From assembly GCA_002721725.1 (NCBI GenBank), contig PBLK01000008.1, positions 115,356 to 179,355 of the forward strand: a DNA stretch of 64,000 nt, given 5' to 3'. This document shows, one piece after another, positions 1 through 11,297 of this stretch (the stretch's first letter is position 1; every line of letters begins with the position of its first letter). The translations under genes and the position numbers were made by a program. The notes beneath the pieces were generated by a model. The model had not been told where the DNA came from. It searched no databases and saw only the letters and a program-made list of their open reading frames with translations. The DNA is from Rhodobiaceae bacterium (lineage in GTDB: Bacteria > Pseudomonadota > Alphaproteobacteria > RS24).

Positions 1-86
1 CATAATGCATTGAGCGCTTTCGGGCGATGCAAGGTGATAAGGCCGACACTATCGCGCTGCTCAACCAATATGTTTTCGTATTTCAT
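1..86 (-). CDS. enoyl-CoA hydratase/isomerase (crotonase) family protein, first 28 codons only; gene runs off the left edge
   Basis: Reverse-strand ATG at 86..84 is preceded by GGGAG. The translation MKYENILVEQRDSVGLITLHRPKALNAL matches the typical crotonase N-terminus (..VGxITLNRPxALNAL). Confidence 0.6.
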   Translation of the reverse strand, partial: MKYENILVEQRDSVGLITLHRPKALNAL

Positions 87-121
87 GACATCGCTCCCGT
101 TTCGCTGGGGGTAAGGCCGGC

Positions 122-502
122 CTATTGGCTGACCATTGGAGTTAAATCAAATATCACCAAATCAGCGGTGAATGTCAGCCGCAAAATTTCGCCTCGGCGA
201 AAAAATGTCAACAGGTTGGGGCCGGCCTGGCGGGCCTGCCAGCCCAAATTGGGCAGGCTGTCTCGGTAAAATGCCATTAAGGCTTGTTGCGTCACCCCGG
301 CTTGATGGCTTGCCGTCAGCTGCACAATTCGCCCTTGCGGTTTGTCAAAAACAAATCCCGCATCGGGTAATTCCTGCAACCCCTCGGCCAAAGGAACATC
401 ACCAATGGTGGAAAGGTAATCGCGCGCCTCGCCCAATGGCGCAAAACACATAACAGACAGCGCAACCATAATGCCTGCCAAAGGCTGTTTTATTCTATCC
501 AT
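122..502 (-). CDS. hypothetical exported protein (126 aa)
   Basis: ORF with a signal-peptide-like N-terminus (MDRIKQPLAGIMVALSVMCFAPLGEA). No recognisable catalytic motif. It sits between mutM and the crotonase gene on the same strand. Confidence 0.5.
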   Translation of the reverse strand: MDRIKQPLAGIMVALSVMCFAPLGEARDYLSTIGDVPLAEGLQELPDAGFVFDKPQGRIVQLTASHQAGVTQQALMAFYRDSLPNLGWQARQAGPNLLTFFRRGEILRLTFTADLVIFDLTPMVSQ

Positions 503-534
503 GACCCTCTGCTGTCCCTATCCGCTTGCGCCGA

Positions 535-1416
535 TTATTTTTGGCATGACGGGCAGTAAAAACTCGACCGCCCCGATTGCACCAAGCGTTTGATCCTAGC
601 AGAACAGCCCGCGGCTGAACAGGCTTCGCCGTCGCGGTCATAAACAGCAAATTGATGCTGAAAATAACCCATAGACCCGTCCTCATGGGCGAAATCGCGC
701 AAGGTCGAGCCACCCGCCTCAATGGCGCGCGCCAAAACGCCACGCACGGCCGGCACCAAACGCGCAATGCGTTTGGCCCCCAAATTGCCGGCTTGGCGGC
801 GCGGGCTTATGCCGGCGATAAAAAGCGCCTCGCAGACATATATATTGCCCAATCCGGCCACCACATTTTGGTCAAGCAGAAAGTTTTTGACCGACGTTTT
901 GCGCCCCTGCGCAGTCGCCAAGAGCCCCGTTTCATTGAAATCATTGCCCAAAGGTTCGGGCCCCAAAGCGGTCAGAAAGGGCGAGGCCGACATATCACCG
1001 GTAAAACAATCCATAAAACCGAAACGGCGCGGATCGGCGAAAGATAAATGCGTGCCGTCATCAAAGCCTATCTCGATATGTATATGTTTTTGCGCCGCTT
1101 GCGCCGTCACTTCATGGGCATAAGCGCCGGGCTCCATATTGCCCTGTTGCGGCAAGGACAACATAAAGCGACCGGTCATGCCCAAATGGCTGAGCCAGGT
1201 AAACGAAGCGCCGCGCGCATCTTGCATATCGGCCAATAAATATTTGGCGCGGCGCGCGAAGCTTTTGACTTGTGCCCCGTGCATGCGCTTTTTAAACCCT
1301 TTTGGAAAAGGAAAGCGTAAATCAGCGCGATGGAGGGTGAAATCGACAATGCGCTTGCCTTCAATATGCGGGGCCAAGCCGCGGCGCACGGTTTCAACTT
1401 CGGGTAATTCGGGCAT
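535..1416 (-). CDS. mutM: formamidopyrimidine-DNA glycosylase (Fpg/MutM)
   Basis: The catalytic N-terminus MPELPEVETVRRGL requires the start at the ATG at 1416, so the ORF-track start at 1458 is over-extended. There is a C-terminal four-Cys zinc finger (CSAAGC...YCPSC). Confidence 0.93.
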   Translation of the reverse strand: MPELPEVETVRRGLAPHIEGKRIVDFTLHRADLRFPFPKGFKKRMHGAQVKSFARRAKYLLADMQDARGASFTWLSHLGMTGRFMLSLPQQGNMEPGAYAHEVTAQAAQKHIHIEIGFDDGTHLSFADPRRFGFMDCFTGDMSASPFLTALGPEPLGNDFNETGLLATAQGRKTSVKNFLLDQNVVAGLGNIYVCEALFIAGISPRRQAGNLGAKRIARLVPAVRGVLARAIEAGGSTLRDFAHEDGSMGYFQHQFAVYDRDGEACSAAGCSARIKRLVQSGRSSFYCPSCQK

Positions 1417-1548
1417 GACCTCCATCATAGGCGGCGCTTGGCGCAGCGCAAGCGACAACTGGCCACAGTGTTTTGGCAGAAAATAACGCGCCGCAAAGGC
1501 AATCCGTGCATGGATTTAGCCGCGCCAATGGGCTATCGTCGCCGCGCA

Positions 1549-2334
1549 ATGAGCAAAACGGCACAAAATAACCAATCTGCGGCGGAACCGGTCGATTTCG
1601 GCTTTCGCACGGTTGCGCGCGAGGACAAGCAGGTTATGGTGCGCGGCGTGTTTGATGCGGTGGCCGACAAATATGATGTGATGAATGATTTGATGTCAGG
1701 CGGGCTGCACCGTTTGTGGAAGGCACGGATGATTGAGGCTTTGCACATCCGCCCGCGCAGCGCGCAGCACCTCATCGATATGGCCGGCGGCACCGGCGAC
1801 ATCGCGCTTCGGGCGCAAGCGCGGGCGCAAAAATTGGGGGCGCAATTAAGCGCCCATATTATCGACGCCAATAGCGAAATGATGAGGGCCGGGCAAAAAC
1901 GCGCCGCGGTCAAAAAAGCGGCGCATTTGCATTTCACCACCGGCACGGGCGAGGCCATGCCGGTGCCCGACCAATGCGCCGATATGGTGTCCATTGCTTT
2001 CGGCATTCGCAATATCACCCATCGAGACCGCGCCTTGCGCGAGGCTTATCGAGTATTGAAACCGGGCGGGCGTTTTGTCTGTCTTGAATTTTCGCATATG
2101 CCGAGCGCGCTTTTGCAGAAAATTTATGACGCTTACAGTTTCAACGTGATCCCGCCAATGGGCGGTCTGGTGACCGGCGAGCGTGACGCTTACCAATATT
2201 TGGTCGAGAGCATTCGCCGCTTTCCGAGTGCCGATGAATTTTTGAGCGACGTCGAACAAGCCGGTTTTGCGCGCGCGCAATATGAACAATTAAGCGGCGG
2301 CGTCGCCGCCTTGCATATGGGTTGGCGACTCTGA
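1549..2334 (+). CDS. ubiE: ubiquinone/menaquinone biosynthesis C-methyltransferase UbiE
   Basis: Motifs YDVMNDLMSGGLHRLWK and the SAM-binding LIDMAGGTGD are present. Start trimmed to the ATG at 1549 (MSKTAQNN...). It is divergent from mutM. Confidence 0.9.
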   Translation: MSKTAQNNQSAAEPVDFGFRTVAREDKQVMVRGVFDAVADKYDVMNDLMSGGLHRLWKARMIEALHIRPRSAQHLIDMAGGTGDIALRAQARAQKLGAQLSAHIIDANSEMMRAGQKRAAVKKAAHLHFTTGTGEAMPVPDQCADMVSIAFGIRNITHRDRALREAYRVLKPGGRFVCLEFSHMPSALLQKIYDAYSFNVIPPMGGLVTGERDAYQYLVESIRRFPSADEFLSDVEQAGFARAQYEQLSGGVAALHMGWRL

Positions 2335-3866
2335 TGGGGCGGTTTTTCCGATTGCTCAGCATGGCGCGGCTTTTGCTGGCGCAAGATGCGCTTTTGCCGC
2401 CCGATTTTTTTACCGATGCGCCCCGCCGCGTGCGCTTGGCACGCCGCCTGTTTACCTTATTTGCGCCGCGCTTTCGCGATGATAATCGCGGCCGCAAATT
2501 ATCCGATCGCATTCGCAAGCTGGGGCCGACCTATATCAAGCTGGGGCAGTTTCTCGCCACGCGGCCCGATATTATCGGCCCCGCTATGGCGCATGATTTG
2601 ACATTCTTACAAGACCGCCTGCCACCCTTTAGCGACAAAAAAGTTCAGCATATTTTGGCCGCCGAATTGGACGCCCCTGACGCGGTCATCAGCCAATTGA
2701 GCGCCCCGATTGCCGCCGCCTCCGTTGCACAAGTGCACCAAGCCATACATGCCGAGACGGGTGAGAAACTGGCCGTCAAAATTCTCCGCCCCGGCGTCGA
2801 GACAAGACTGGCCGCTGAATTGGCCTTGCTCGCCAAATTGGCCCTCTGGGCGGAAAGATATTTTCCCATCACCCGCCGCTTGCGCCCGCTTGACAGCATT
2901 GAAACTCTGGCGCGCTCGATTAATGGCGAGACCGATTTGCGCATGGAAGCGGCGGCTTTATCTGAAATGGCGGAAAATATTACCGGCATGAGAGATTTCC
3001 GCGTGCCGTCGCTTTATTGGGAGGCCAGCGGGCGGCGCGTTTTGACCATGCAATGGGTGGACGGCATTAAGGCCTCGGATGTCGATGCGCTGCGTGCGGC
3101 GGGGCATGATATGTCGCAATTGGCGGTGCGGCTGTTGCAAATCTTTTTGACTTTGGTTTTGCGCGACGGGTTTTTCCATGCCGATATGCATCAGGGCAAT
3201 TTGCTAATTGGTGAAGACGGCACAATTTTCGCCATTGATTTGGGCATTTGTGGGCGCCTTGATAATGACAGTCGTCGCTTCCTGGCCGAAATTCTGCACG
3301 GCTTCATCACCCGCGATTATAAAAAACTGGCCGAAGTGCATATTGAGGCAGGCTATGTGCCCGACCATCATGAGGTGCATGAATTTGCGCAAGCCTTGCG
3401 CTCGGTCGGCGAGCCGATACGCGACCGCGATGCAGATGATATTTCAATGGGCCGCGTCTTGGCGCAGCTTTTCGCCATTACCGAGCAATTTGACATGGTC
3501 ACCCAGCCGCAGCTTTTGCTGTTGCAAAAAACCATGGTGACGGTGGAAGGCGTGGCGCGCAGCTTTGACCCGAAAGTCAATATTTGGGATGCCTCGGAAA
3601 AACTGGTCGGCGATTGGCTGAGAAAGTCAATCGGCCCGCAAGCTGTATTGCAGGATATGGCCGATAATGCGGGGCGCACATTGCGCATGGTGCAACGCCT
3701 GCCCGACACGCTGCAGGAATTGGAACGCGGGGCCAAAGCGGTGCAGCATATGAGCGAGACCAAAGCGGCAGAAAAACCAGCCAAAGCGACCGACAGGCTG
3801 GCGCGGCTTTTGGGCCTGTCGGCGCTGGGGCTGGCATTGGCAGCGATTGTCTATCGCTTTATGTAA
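2334..3866 (+). CDS. ubiB: ubiquinone biosynthesis regulatory protein kinase UbiB (ABC1/ADCK family)
   Basis: Motifs KLGQFLATRPD, AAASVAQVH and FFHADMHQGNL are present. The ATG at 2334 overlaps the ubiE TGA (TGATG). The track start at 2322 is a TTG. Confidence 0.9.
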   Translation: MGRFFRLLSMARLLLAQDALLPPDFFTDAPRRVRLARRLFTLFAPRFRDDNRGRKLSDRIRKLGPTYIKLGQFLATRPDIIGPAMAHDLTFLQDRLPPFSDKKVQHILAAELDAPDAVISQLSAPIAAASVAQVHQAIHAETGEKLAVKILRPGVETRLAAELALLAKLALWAERYFPITRRLRPLDSIETLARSINGETDLRMEAAALSEMAENITGMRDFRVPSLYWEASGRRVLTMQWVDGIKASDVDALRAAGHDMSQLAVRLLQIFLTLVLRDGFFHADMHQGNLLIGEDGTIFAIDLGICGRLDNDSRRFLAEILHGFITRDYKKLAEVHIEAGYVPDHHEVHEFAQALRSVGEPIRDRDADDISMGRVLAQLFAITEQFDMVTQPQLLLLQKTMVTVEGVARSFDPKVNIWDASEKLVGDWLRKSIGPQAVLQDMADNAGRTLRMVQRLPDTLQELERGAKAVQHMSETKAAEKPAKATDRLARLLGLSALGLALAAIVYRFM

Positions 3867-3933
3867 AAGATATTTATTTACATTTTTTTCCGGTAAATTA
3901 AACTAACTCATTGGCGCAAATGGACAAAGATGG

Positions 3934-5193
3934 ATGCAGCGCGTTTTATTGATTATCGGCGGCGGCATTGCCGCTTATAAAGCCCCCGAATTGGTGCGCC
4001 AATTGCGTAGCCGGGGCTTGGCCGTGCGCTGCTTGATGACGGCAGCGGCCGAGCAATTTGTCTCACCGCTCTCTTTGGCCTCAGTCTCAGGCGATAAGGT
4101 TTATGAAAATCTCTTCGACCTGACCGATGAAGCCGAAATGGGGCATATTCAATTATCGCGCGATGCCGATATTATTCTGGTCGCGCCCGCCACCGCCGAT
4201 CTAATGGCCAAAGCGGCGCAAGGTCTGGCCAATGATTTGGCCTCGACCAGCCTATTGGCGACGGATAAGAAAATTATTATGGCACCCGCGATGAATGTGC
4301 GCATGTGGCAGCACGAAGCGACACAGCGCAATCTCAGCCAATTAATCGCCGATGGCGTTTCCATTATCGGCCCGGAAGAAGGTGATATGGCGTGCGGCGA
4401 ATATGGCCCAGGACGGATGAGCGAACCGCAAAACATTGCCGCCGCTACAGCCGCCGCATTGGCCCAACAAGTCTCTGACGGCGGCGCGGATGAGACATTA
4501 TCGGGGCGCAAATTTTTGGTCACGGCCGGACCGACCCATGAGCCGATTGATCCGGTGCGCTATATCGCCAATCGTTCATCGGGCAAACAAGGCTATGCCA
4601 TTGCTGCCGCATTGGCCGCTAAAGGGGCTGAGGTACATTTGGTCTCGGGCCCGACCGCATTGGCCACACCGCAGGGCGTGCATATGGTGCGGGTTGAAAC
4701 GGCGCGCGAGATGTTGGCCGCAGTCGAAGCCGTTTTGCCCGTCGATGGGGCGGTGATGACGGCGGCGGTGGCCGATTGGCGACCAACCGATTGCGACATG
4801 CAAAAGATTAAGAAAAACGGTGACCCGCCCGAACCGCTCAACCTCACTGAAAACCCCGATATTTTGACGATGCTGGCGGCAGGCAAGAACCGCCCCGCTT
4901 TGCTTATCGGTTTTGCGGCCGAGACCGAAAATATTGAAGCCCATGCAACGGCCAAGCTGGCCAAAAAGAACTGCGATTGGATTGTCGCCAATAATGTCGG
5001 TGCCGATAGCGGCATAGAGGGCGGGGTGATGGGCGGCGAGGCCAATGCCATCAGCCTGATTTGTGCCGCCGATAAAAAACCGTCTGTCGAAAATTTCGAC
5101 ATTATGAGCAAAAAAGATGTGGCGGCGCTGTTGAGCGGCCGCATGGCGGCGCATTTCGCATCCGCCCAAAAGAGTAAAGGAAAAGAAAAATGA
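3934..5193 (+). CDS. coaBC: bifunctional phosphopantothenoylcysteine decarboxylase/synthetase CoaBC (Dfp)
   Basis: N-terminal flavoprotein motif [10 protein letters not shown] and CoaB-domain motif NRSSGKQG are present. Length is 419 aa. Confidence 0.93.
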   Translation: MQRVLLIIGGGIAAYKAPELVRQLRSRGLAVRCLMTAAAEQFVSPLSLASVSGDKVYENLFDLTDEAEMGHIQLSRDADIILVAPATADLMAKAAQGLANDLASTSLLATDKKIIMAPAMNVRMWQHEATQRNLSQLIADGVSIIGPEEGDMACGEYGPGRMSEPQNIAAATAAALAQQVSDGGADETLSGRKFLVTAGPTHEPIDPVRYIANRSSGKQGYAIAAALAAKGAEVHLVSGPTALATPQGVHMVRVETAREMLAAVEAVLPVDGAVMTAAVADWRPTDCDMQKIKKNGDPPEPLNLTENPDILTMLAAGKNRPALLIGFAAETENIEAHATAKLAKKNCDWIVANNVGADSGIEGGVMGGEANAISLICAADKKPSVENFDIMSKKDVAALLSGRMAAHFASAQKSKGKEK

Positions 5194-5654
5194 GCGCCCC
5201 GACATTGGAAATAAAATGGCTGGCGCATGGGCGCGGGCTGGATGCGCCATCTTATGAAAGTGATTTGGCGGCCGGTATGGATATGCGCGCCGCATTGCCC
5301 GAAGACGCGCCGCTGACCTTAGAGCCGGGCGCACAGGCAATGATTGAAACCGGCTTTGCCATGGCACTGCCGCCCGGATTTGAAGCGCAAGTGCGCCCGC
5401 GCTCGGGGCTTGCCGCCAAACATGGCATCACGGTATTGAACACGCCGGGCACGATTGATGCCGATTATCGCGGCGAGGTGAAAATCATCCTCATCAATCT
5501 CGGGCACGACGATTTCGTCATTGAGCGCGGCATGCGCATTGCGCAAATGGTGATTGCGCCGGTGGTGCAGGCGCAAACACAAATTGTCGATAGCCTGTCC
5601 GACACGCAACGCGGTGACGGCGGTTTCGGCTCCACCGGCACGGGGCAGAAATGA
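5190..5654 (+). CDS. dut: dUTP diphosphatase
   Basis: Motifs [10 protein letters not shown] and the C-terminal [10 protein letters not shown] are present. The ATGA overlaps the coaBC stop. Confidence 0.95.
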   Translation: MSAPTLEIKWLAHGRGLDAPSYESDLAAGMDMRAALPEDAPLTLEPGAQAMIETGFAMALPPGFEAQVRPRSGLAAKHGITVLNTPGTIDADYRGEVKIILINLGHDDFVIERGMRIAQMVIAPVVQAQTQIVDSLSDTQRGDGGFGSTGTGQK

Positions 5655-6088
5655 TAAGGCTGTCGCGCAAATCTCTCCTCGCTTTAGAAGCGGTTTTGGA
5701 TGTGGCCTTGCATGCACGCCCCGACCCCGTGCAAGCGCGCGACATTACCGCGCGCCAGGGCGTGCCGCAGCGTTATCTCGAACAAGTCATGCAGGCTTTG
5801 GTGCGCGCCGGTATTTTGCGCGGCGTGCGCGGCCCGCGCGGCGGCTATAGGCTGGCCCGCGAAAGGCGACGCATCAGCGTGCGCGAAATTTTTGATGTGA
5901 TTGAGGACATAGACGGCAATGATGTCGATATGTTGTCGAAATCGGATTTGGGGCGCGTGGTCATTGCGCCGTTTCACGCCAATATGCAAGAGGCGCTGAT
6001 CGGCGCGGTCGGCGACACCACGATTGCCGATTTATGCAGCCAAGCCGACAGCACAGGTGGCGATGATAAGGCTGACTTTACCATTTGA
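5651..6088 (+). CDS. Rrf2-family transcriptional regulator (single Cys, no three-Cys Fe-S ligand motif)
   Basis: N-terminal winged-helix pattern [19 protein letters not shown]...[32 protein letters not shown] is present. The start overlaps the dut stop (ATGA). Confidence 0.85.
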   Translation: MIRLSRKSLLALEAVLDVALHARPDPVQARDITARQGVPQRYLEQVMQALVRAGILRGVRGPRGGYRLARERRRISVREIFDVIEDIDGNDVDMLSKSDLGRVVIAPFHANMQEALIGAVGDTTIADLCSQADSTGGDDKADFTI

Positions 6089-6111
6089 GCCGAATAAGCG
6101 AGGGAGAAAAG

Positions 6112-7074
6112 ATGAGCGAGACAGATAAAAAACCGGGACGCGGGCGCATTTACGCCTCCATTACCGAAACCATTGGCGACACGCCGATTGTCGAAGTAAG
6201 CCGCATGGCCGGCGAATATGGCATTGGCGCAAAAATTTTTGCCAAGCTTGAATTTTTCAATCCGATTGCCAGCGTCAAAGACCGCATTGGTGTGGCCATT
6301 TTGGACGCGCTTGAAGAGCAAGGCAAAATCAAAGCGGATACGGTTTTGGTCGAGCCGACCTCAGGCAATACCGGCATTGCGCTGGCCTTTGCCTGTGCCG
6401 CGCGCGGGCTTGAATTGGTTTTGTGCATGCCCGAAAGCATGTCGCTGGAACGGCGCAAAATGCTGTCTTTGCTGGGTGCAAAACTGGAATTGACACCGGC
6501 CGAGCAAGGCATGAAAGGGGCGATTGCGCGCGCACAAGAATTGCTCGGCGGCAATGAAAATTGGGTCATGCCGCAGCAATTTGAAAACCCCGCCAATCCG
6601 GAAATTCACCGCCGCACCACGGCGGAGGAAATTTGGAACGATATGGACGGCCAAGTCGATGTCGTGGTCTCGGGTGTCGGCACGGGCGGCACTTTTACCG
6701 GCATTGCCTCGGTTTTGAAACCGCGCAAGGCAGAATTGAAAATGATTGCGGTGGAGCCTGAAGACAGCCCGATTTTGTCGGGCGGCGAGCCGGGCCCGCA
6801 TAAAATTCAGGGCATTGGCGCAGGCTTTGTGCCGGGCAATATGGATACGCAATATCTCGATGAGGTGGTGACCATTGGCAATGAAACGGCGTTTGAAACG
6901 GCGCGCCAATTGGCCCGCGTCGAGGGCATTCCCGGCGGCATCAGCACCGGCGCGGCGATGGCGGCAGCTTTGGAAGTGGGCGGACGCGCCGATATGGCCG
7001 GAAAAAATATTGTCGTGATTTTGCCGAGCTTTGCCGAACGCTATTTATCCACTGCCCTGTTTGAAGGGCTGTAA
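6112..7074 (+). CDS. cysK: cysteine synthase A (O-acetylserine sulfhydrylase)
   Basis: PLP-lysine motif [15 protein letters not shown] and [10 protein letters not shown] are present. The ATG at 6112 is preceded by GAGGGAG. The track start at 6085 is a TTG overlapping the rrf2 stop. Confidence 0.92.
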   Translation: MSETDKKPGRGRIYASITETIGDTPIVEVSRMAGEYGIGAKIFAKLEFFNPIASVKDRIGVAILDALEEQGKIKADTVLVEPTSGNTGIALAFACAARGLELVLCMPESMSLERRKMLSLLGAKLELTPAEQGMKGAIARAQELLGGNENWVMPQQFENPANPEIHRRTTAEEIWNDMDGQVDVVVSGVGTGGTFTGIASVLKPRKAELKMIAVEPEDSPILSGGEPGPHKIQGIGAGFVPGNMDTQYLDEVVTIGNETAFETARQLARVEGIPGGISTGAAMAAALEVGGRADMAGKNIVVILPSFAERYLSTALFEGL

Positions 7075-7079
7075 GCACG

Positions 7080-7853
7080 ATGACGGCGCTGACCGAGGCT
7101 GAGATTGCCCGCTATCAGCGCCATATTGTGCTGAAGGAAATCGGCGGTGCCGGTCAGCAAAAACTGAAAGCGGCGCGCATCGCACTAGTCGGTTTGGGCG
7201 GATTGGGCCATCCGGTGGCGCAATATTTGGCGGCTGCCGGTGTCGGCACGTTGGGGCTGATTGATGATGACACTGTCACCCTGTCCAATTTGCAGCGACA
7301 GATTTTGTTTACCGATAATATGCTGGGGCAAGATAAGGCCAAAGCCGTGGCCGACGCGCTGGGCGCGCTGAACCCGCATCTTGAAAGCCATATTCACCTG
7401 CAAAGACTGGATAATGATAATGGCGCAGCCCTGCTCGCCCCTTATGATCTGGTGATTGATGGCAGCGATAATTTTGCCACGCGCTTGGCCGTCAATGATG
7501 TGTGTTTTCACGCGCAAAAAACCCTCATTTCAGGCGCGGTCGGACGCTTTGACGGCCATGTCATGACTTTCAAACCCTGGCTCAAACAAGCCGACGGCAC
7601 GCCCCTGCCGTGCTATCGCTCTTATTTGCTGCACGCACCGCAAGAAGAAGATGATTGTGCAACCACCGGCATTGTCGGCGCGCTGACCGGCATTATCGGC
7701 AGTTTGATGGCTATCGAAGCGATTAAGGAAGTCACCGGCGCCGGCCTTTCTCTGGCCGGGCATATGCTGATTTATGACGGCCTCGGCGGTACCATGCGCC
7801 GCGTCAAACTCAACTGGGACCCGCAAAATCCCAATAATGGAAGCGCTGTGTGA
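7080..7853 (+). CDS. HesA/MoeB/ThiF-family adenylyltransferase (E1-like)
   Basis: It has a nucleotide-binding loop LVGLGGLGHPVAQYLAAAGVG, LSNLQRQ, and a MoeB-like core. Only one Cys of the first CxxC is retained (PCYRS), and there is no C-terminal CxxC and no rhodanese domain. Confidence 0.8.
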   Translation: MTALTEAEIARYQRHIVLKEIGGAGQQKLKAARIALVGLGGLGHPVAQYLAAAGVGTLGLIDDDTVTLSNLQRQILFTDNMLGQDKAKAVADALGALNPHLESHIHLQRLDNDNGAALLAPYDLVIDGSDNFATRLAVNDVCFHAQKTLISGAVGRFDGHVMTFKPWLKQADGTPLPCYRSYLLHAPQEEDDCATTGIVGALTGIIGSLMAIEAIKEVTGAGLSLAGHMLIYDGLGGTMRRVKLNWDPQNPNNGSAV

Positions 7854-7920
7854 ACGCCGCCACAAGGCCTGCTATAATCAGAAGACTTGCCGGAATCAGT
7901 GGGAGTTTGTATCAAGAATA

Positions 7921-8460
7921 ATGGAACGTTTGGTGCTTTTCCGCGTCGGTCTCGGCCTGTTGCTTCTGGTCAGCATTGTCAGCCTTTTGCCTTATTCCAT
8001 TGCGGCGCAAAACAGCCGCGATGACCGTCTGTTGGGCGAGAGCGGCCTGCCTTTGCCGCGCTTTGTCGCCATAAGCGAAAAACAAGCCAATATGCGCCGC
8101 GGTCCGGGTGAGGATTATCCGTTGCTTTATCAATATCGTCGTCAGGGCCTGCCAATGGAAGTGGTGGCCGAATATGGTCAATGGCGACAAGTGCGCGACC
8201 ATGAAGGCAGTGAGGGCTGGATGCATGCACGGCTCTTGCGCGCCTCACGCCATGCCATTATCCGCCAAGCGGCCAATGCGCTGCCTTTGCGCAATGGGGC
8301 AAATGCCGGCGCCGGTGTTGTCGCGCTGTTGCAATCAGGCGCACTGGCACGGCTCAAGGAATGCGTCGAAGCATGGTGTGAAATAGAAGCACAAGGTTAT
8401 CGTGGCTGGTTGCAGCGCGAAAATTTATGGGGCGTTTATGCTTTTGAGCGCCTCGACTGA
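7921..8460 (+). CDS. SH3-like domain-containing exported protein (alphaproteobacterial conserved hypothetical)
   Basis: There is a signal/anchor MERLVLFRVGLGLLLLVSIVSLLPYSIAAQ, then SH3b-like segments (ANMRRGPGEDYPLLYQYRRQGLPMEVV..WRQVRDHEGSEGWMH). Start trimmed to the ATG at 7921. Confidence 0.6.
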   Translation: MERLVLFRVGLGLLLLVSIVSLLPYSIAAQNSRDDRLLGESGLPLPRFVAISEKQANMRRGPGEDYPLLYQYRRQGLPMEVVAEYGQWRQVRDHEGSEGWMHARLLRASRHAIIRQAANALPLRNGANAGAGVVALLQSGALARLKECVEAWCEIEAQGYRGWLQRENLWGVYAFERLD

Positions 8461-8474
8461 CATTATTTAATGCT

Positions 8475-8516
8475 AAAAAAAAGACCCGGCATCTTCTTTT
8501 GAGAAAACGCCGGGCC
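8475..8516 (-). terminator. rho-independent terminator of katG (may also serve the convergent SH3 gene)
   Basis: A GC stem CCCGGC (8485-8490) pairs with GCCGGG (8509-8514), with an inner UUUU/AAAA extension. On the minus strand it is followed by a run of 8 U (A-run 8475-8482 on plus). Confidence 0.55.
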
Positions 8517-8538
8517 GTTTATTGGTTAAAGCCTCTTC

Positions 8539-10689
<2,151 letters not shown>

Positions 10690-10743
10690 TCATTTGTGCG
10701 CCGCCAGGGTTTATTGGTGAAGCGGCGCTAAATACCAGAACTC

Positions 10744-10771
10744 ACTATAAAAGCCATAAGCCCCAAGTCAA
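10744..10771 (-). promoter_or_regulatory. candidate sigma70-type promoter of katG (TTGACT-N16-TATAGT)
   Basis: The minus strand reads TTGACT (10771-10766), a 16-nt spacer, then TATAGT (10749-10744). It lies about 70 nt upstream of the katG ATG, which has GAAGGGAG as its Shine-Dalgarno sequence. Confidence 0.5.
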
Positions 10772-10775
10772 ATGT

Positions 10776-10792
10776 ATTAGAATGATTCTAAA
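10776..10792. promoter_or_regulatory. iron control element (ICE, Irr-binding box)-like dyad
   Basis: ATTAGAA-TGA-TTCTAAA matches the published ICE consensus TTTAGAA-N3-TTCTAAA at 13 of 14 positions. It lies 4 nt upstream of the candidate katG -35 element. Confidence 0.55.
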
Positions 10793-10795
10793 GTG

Positions 10796-10831
10796 AATTA
10801 TTGGGGGCAAATTGTCTCACGCCCCATAATT
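10796..10831 (-). terminator. possible terminator hairpin downstream of irr
   Basis: AATTATTGGGGGC (10796-10808) pairs with GCCCCATAATT (10821-10831), with two bulged nucleotides and a 12-nt loop. The 3' tail on the minus strand is only moderately U-rich. Confidence 0.35.
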
Positions 10832-10850
10832 GGGCAGGTCGGCACCGATA

Positions 10851-11297
10851 CTAGGCTTTGGGTGATTTATCGAGACGGATAATCACTTCAACGCGGTCGA
10901 CATCATAACCTTTAGGGCTGTCGGGCAGGCGCGTCACATCAACCTCTTGCGCGGCAATATCAATGAGGCGGGCTTCATCTTCGACATAAAAATGATGATG
11001 CGTGTCAATATTTGTATCGAAATAGCTGCGCGCTTGGTCAACTTGCACTTGCCGCAACAGACCGGCCGCGTGAAATTGATTGAGCGTATTATAAACCGTC
11101 GCTTGGCTGATTTTGAGACCGGCTGCCAAAGCTTCTTCGCGCAGCGCATCGGCGGTGACATGACGGTCGCCTTGCCCGAACAGCAAATGCGCCAAAGCGA
11201 GGCGCGCTTGCGTCACGCGCAATCCGGCAGCGCTCAATTTATTGGCCATTAGAGCTTTGGTTTTTTCGTTTAAACGCATGCGGGACGTTCCAATCAT
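10851..11297 (-). CDS. irr: iron response regulator Irr (Fur family)
   Basis: It shows a strong motif-level match to rhizobial Irr: LRVTQARLALAHLLFG, ATVYNTLNQFHAAGLLRQV, YFDTN and the haem-binding HHH motif (DTHHHFY). There is no Cys-Pro haem regulatory motif. The start is uncertain, with ATGs at 11297, 11279 and 11249. It lies next to fabA-fabB as in Rhizobiales. Confidence 0.85.
   Translation of the reverse strand: MIGTSRMRLNEKTKALMANKLSAAGLRVTQARLALAHLLFGQGDRHVTADALREEALAAGLKISQATVYNTLNQFHAAGLLRQVQVDQARSYFDTNIDTHHHFYVEDEARLIDIAAQEVDVTRLPDSPKGYDVDRVEVIIRLDKSPKA

Noticed and set aside
3867-3933. AT-rich spacer upstream of coaBC with TTTACA-N16-TAAACT
   Set aside because: It is a plausible sigma70-like promoter, but both hexamers are weak matches in an AT-rich stretch, which is not enough support to annotate.
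6112-7853. cysK next to a ThiF/MoeB-type E1 enzyme as a possible CysO-type (protein-thiocarboxylate) cysteine pathway
   Set aside because: No ThiS/MoaD/CysO-like small ORF ending in GlyGly is visible nearby, and no JAMM (Mec-like) protease either. The synthase has ordinary CysK motifs. The ThiF/MoeB gene near dut is probably just conserved synteny.
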